In this document: positions 63,073-64,000 of the stretch, piece after piece | Numbering within the stretch: position 1 is the stretch's first letter | Layout: the number at the start of each line of letters is the position of its first letter | Source of the DNA: Paraspadella gotoi | Taxonomy: Eukaryota; Animalia; Chaetognatha | Assembly (NCBI GenBank): GCA_051294375.1 | Contig: CM119265.1 | Span: 2,273,397-2,337,396 of the forward strand | Length of the DNA stretch: 64,000 nt | Direction of reading: 5' to 3' | Translations under genes and position numbers: made by a program | The notes under the pieces: model-generated | Told to the model about the DNA's origin: nothing | The model's database searches: none | Seen by the model: only the letters and a program-made list of their open reading frames with translations

Positions 63073-64000
63073 GTGAGTCTTATTATTTTCCAAAAACGAC
63101 CCGATTTCATTTTAAAGATTAGGTTAAAGATTAGGGATCAGGTTTGCGACGAAGGTTTAGGATTAGGGGATCGAGTAAAAGATTAGATTTAAGGATTAGC
63201 GTTATGCGTTAGGTTATAGGTTTGGTAATTAATTAAGCTTAAATACTAGAGTTGAAATTAAGTTTTCCAGAATTAAGGAAGCTTTGNNNNNNNNNNNNNN
63301 NNNNNNNNNNNNNNNNNNNNNNNNNNNNNNNNNNNNNNNNNNNNNNNNNNNNNNNNNNNNNNNNNNNNNNNNNNNNNNNNNNNNNNNNNNNNNNNNNNNN
63401 NNNNNNNNNNNNNNNNNNNNNNNNNNNNNNNNNNNNNNNNNNNNNNNNNNNNNNNNNNNNNNNNNNNNNNNNNNNNNNNNNNNNNNNNNNNNNNNNNNNN
63501 NNNNNNNNNNNNNNNNNNNNNNNNNNNNNNNNCTGGCCAATGATCGTCGGACCCAAACAATCATTAATGCCAATAATTAACGAACCCTTTTTTTTCTCAA
63601 GAGAGAAACAACAAGACCCCCATTCCTCTATCTTCAAATATTTTAATAATTATTTGTCAGAATTGAAGTTAATTGTTTTAGCTATTAATGTTGTTAACTT
63701 TGTTTGCGTAGTTCAGTTTTTAATGTCGTTTAGTTTCTCTTTCTTCTTTGACAACACAGTCGTTAAATTCATCCGACGCTGAAAAAACAAACGAAAATTG
63801 ACGCTCGTTGGCGCGAAAACATGACTCGCGCCATTTTTTTTCAACGCCAACGTCGGTGGCGCCAAATTTGTCTTTTGTTTTGTTCATAAAAATTCCGACA
63901 CAAAAAACCATTTATCCGCGAAAAAAACATTTTTTTAAAAACCGTTTACTCTTTTTTTTCTTCTTCTCTTTCGTCCACAGTTTTTGAGTTTCATGCTTTT

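Noticed and set aside
63979-64000. Bestrophin exon 4 after the acceptor-like tccacag
   Set aside because: The in-frame peptide VFEFHAF does not resemble the expected continuation towards the RFP motif; too short to judge.

Overview
AT-rich eukaryotic (invertebrate-like metazoan) draft-assembly window with many N gaps, (GA/CT)n, (GAC)n, (GAT)n and (ATTC)n microsatellites, and long indel-rich stretches that look like uncorrected long-read gap fills. Almost all supplied ORFs are repeat artefacts. Manual splicing recovers two intron-containing genes that the ORF track does not show whole. (1) A complete 6-exon TMEM106-family gene on the minus strand: complement join 21974-22304, 21675-21779, 21225-21419, 18206-18337, 17583-17735, 17185-17444; 391 aa; all five introns phase 1. 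(2) The first three coding exons of a bestrophin chloride channel on the plus strand (50423-50553, 61813-61928, 62758-63072), with a ~48-aa Q/P-rich insertion, a frameshifted duplicate of the exon 3 acceptor region, and a second noisy copy of exon 1 that lacks a 2.4-kb upstream insert. The rest is mobile and tandem DNA: tRNA-headed SINEs, a degenerate Penelope (GIY-YIG) retroelement, two Helitron/Helentron-like non-autonomous families, a dispersed element carrying a 46-bp array of variable length, and a ~185-bp satellite with 28-bp inverted repeats that flips orientation at its left edge. I found no convincing wholly new multi-gene system. The best leads are the structured satellite, the bestrophin peculiarities and the microsatellite-built TMEM106 introns. 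Family assignments come from my recollection of protein motifs, not from database searches.
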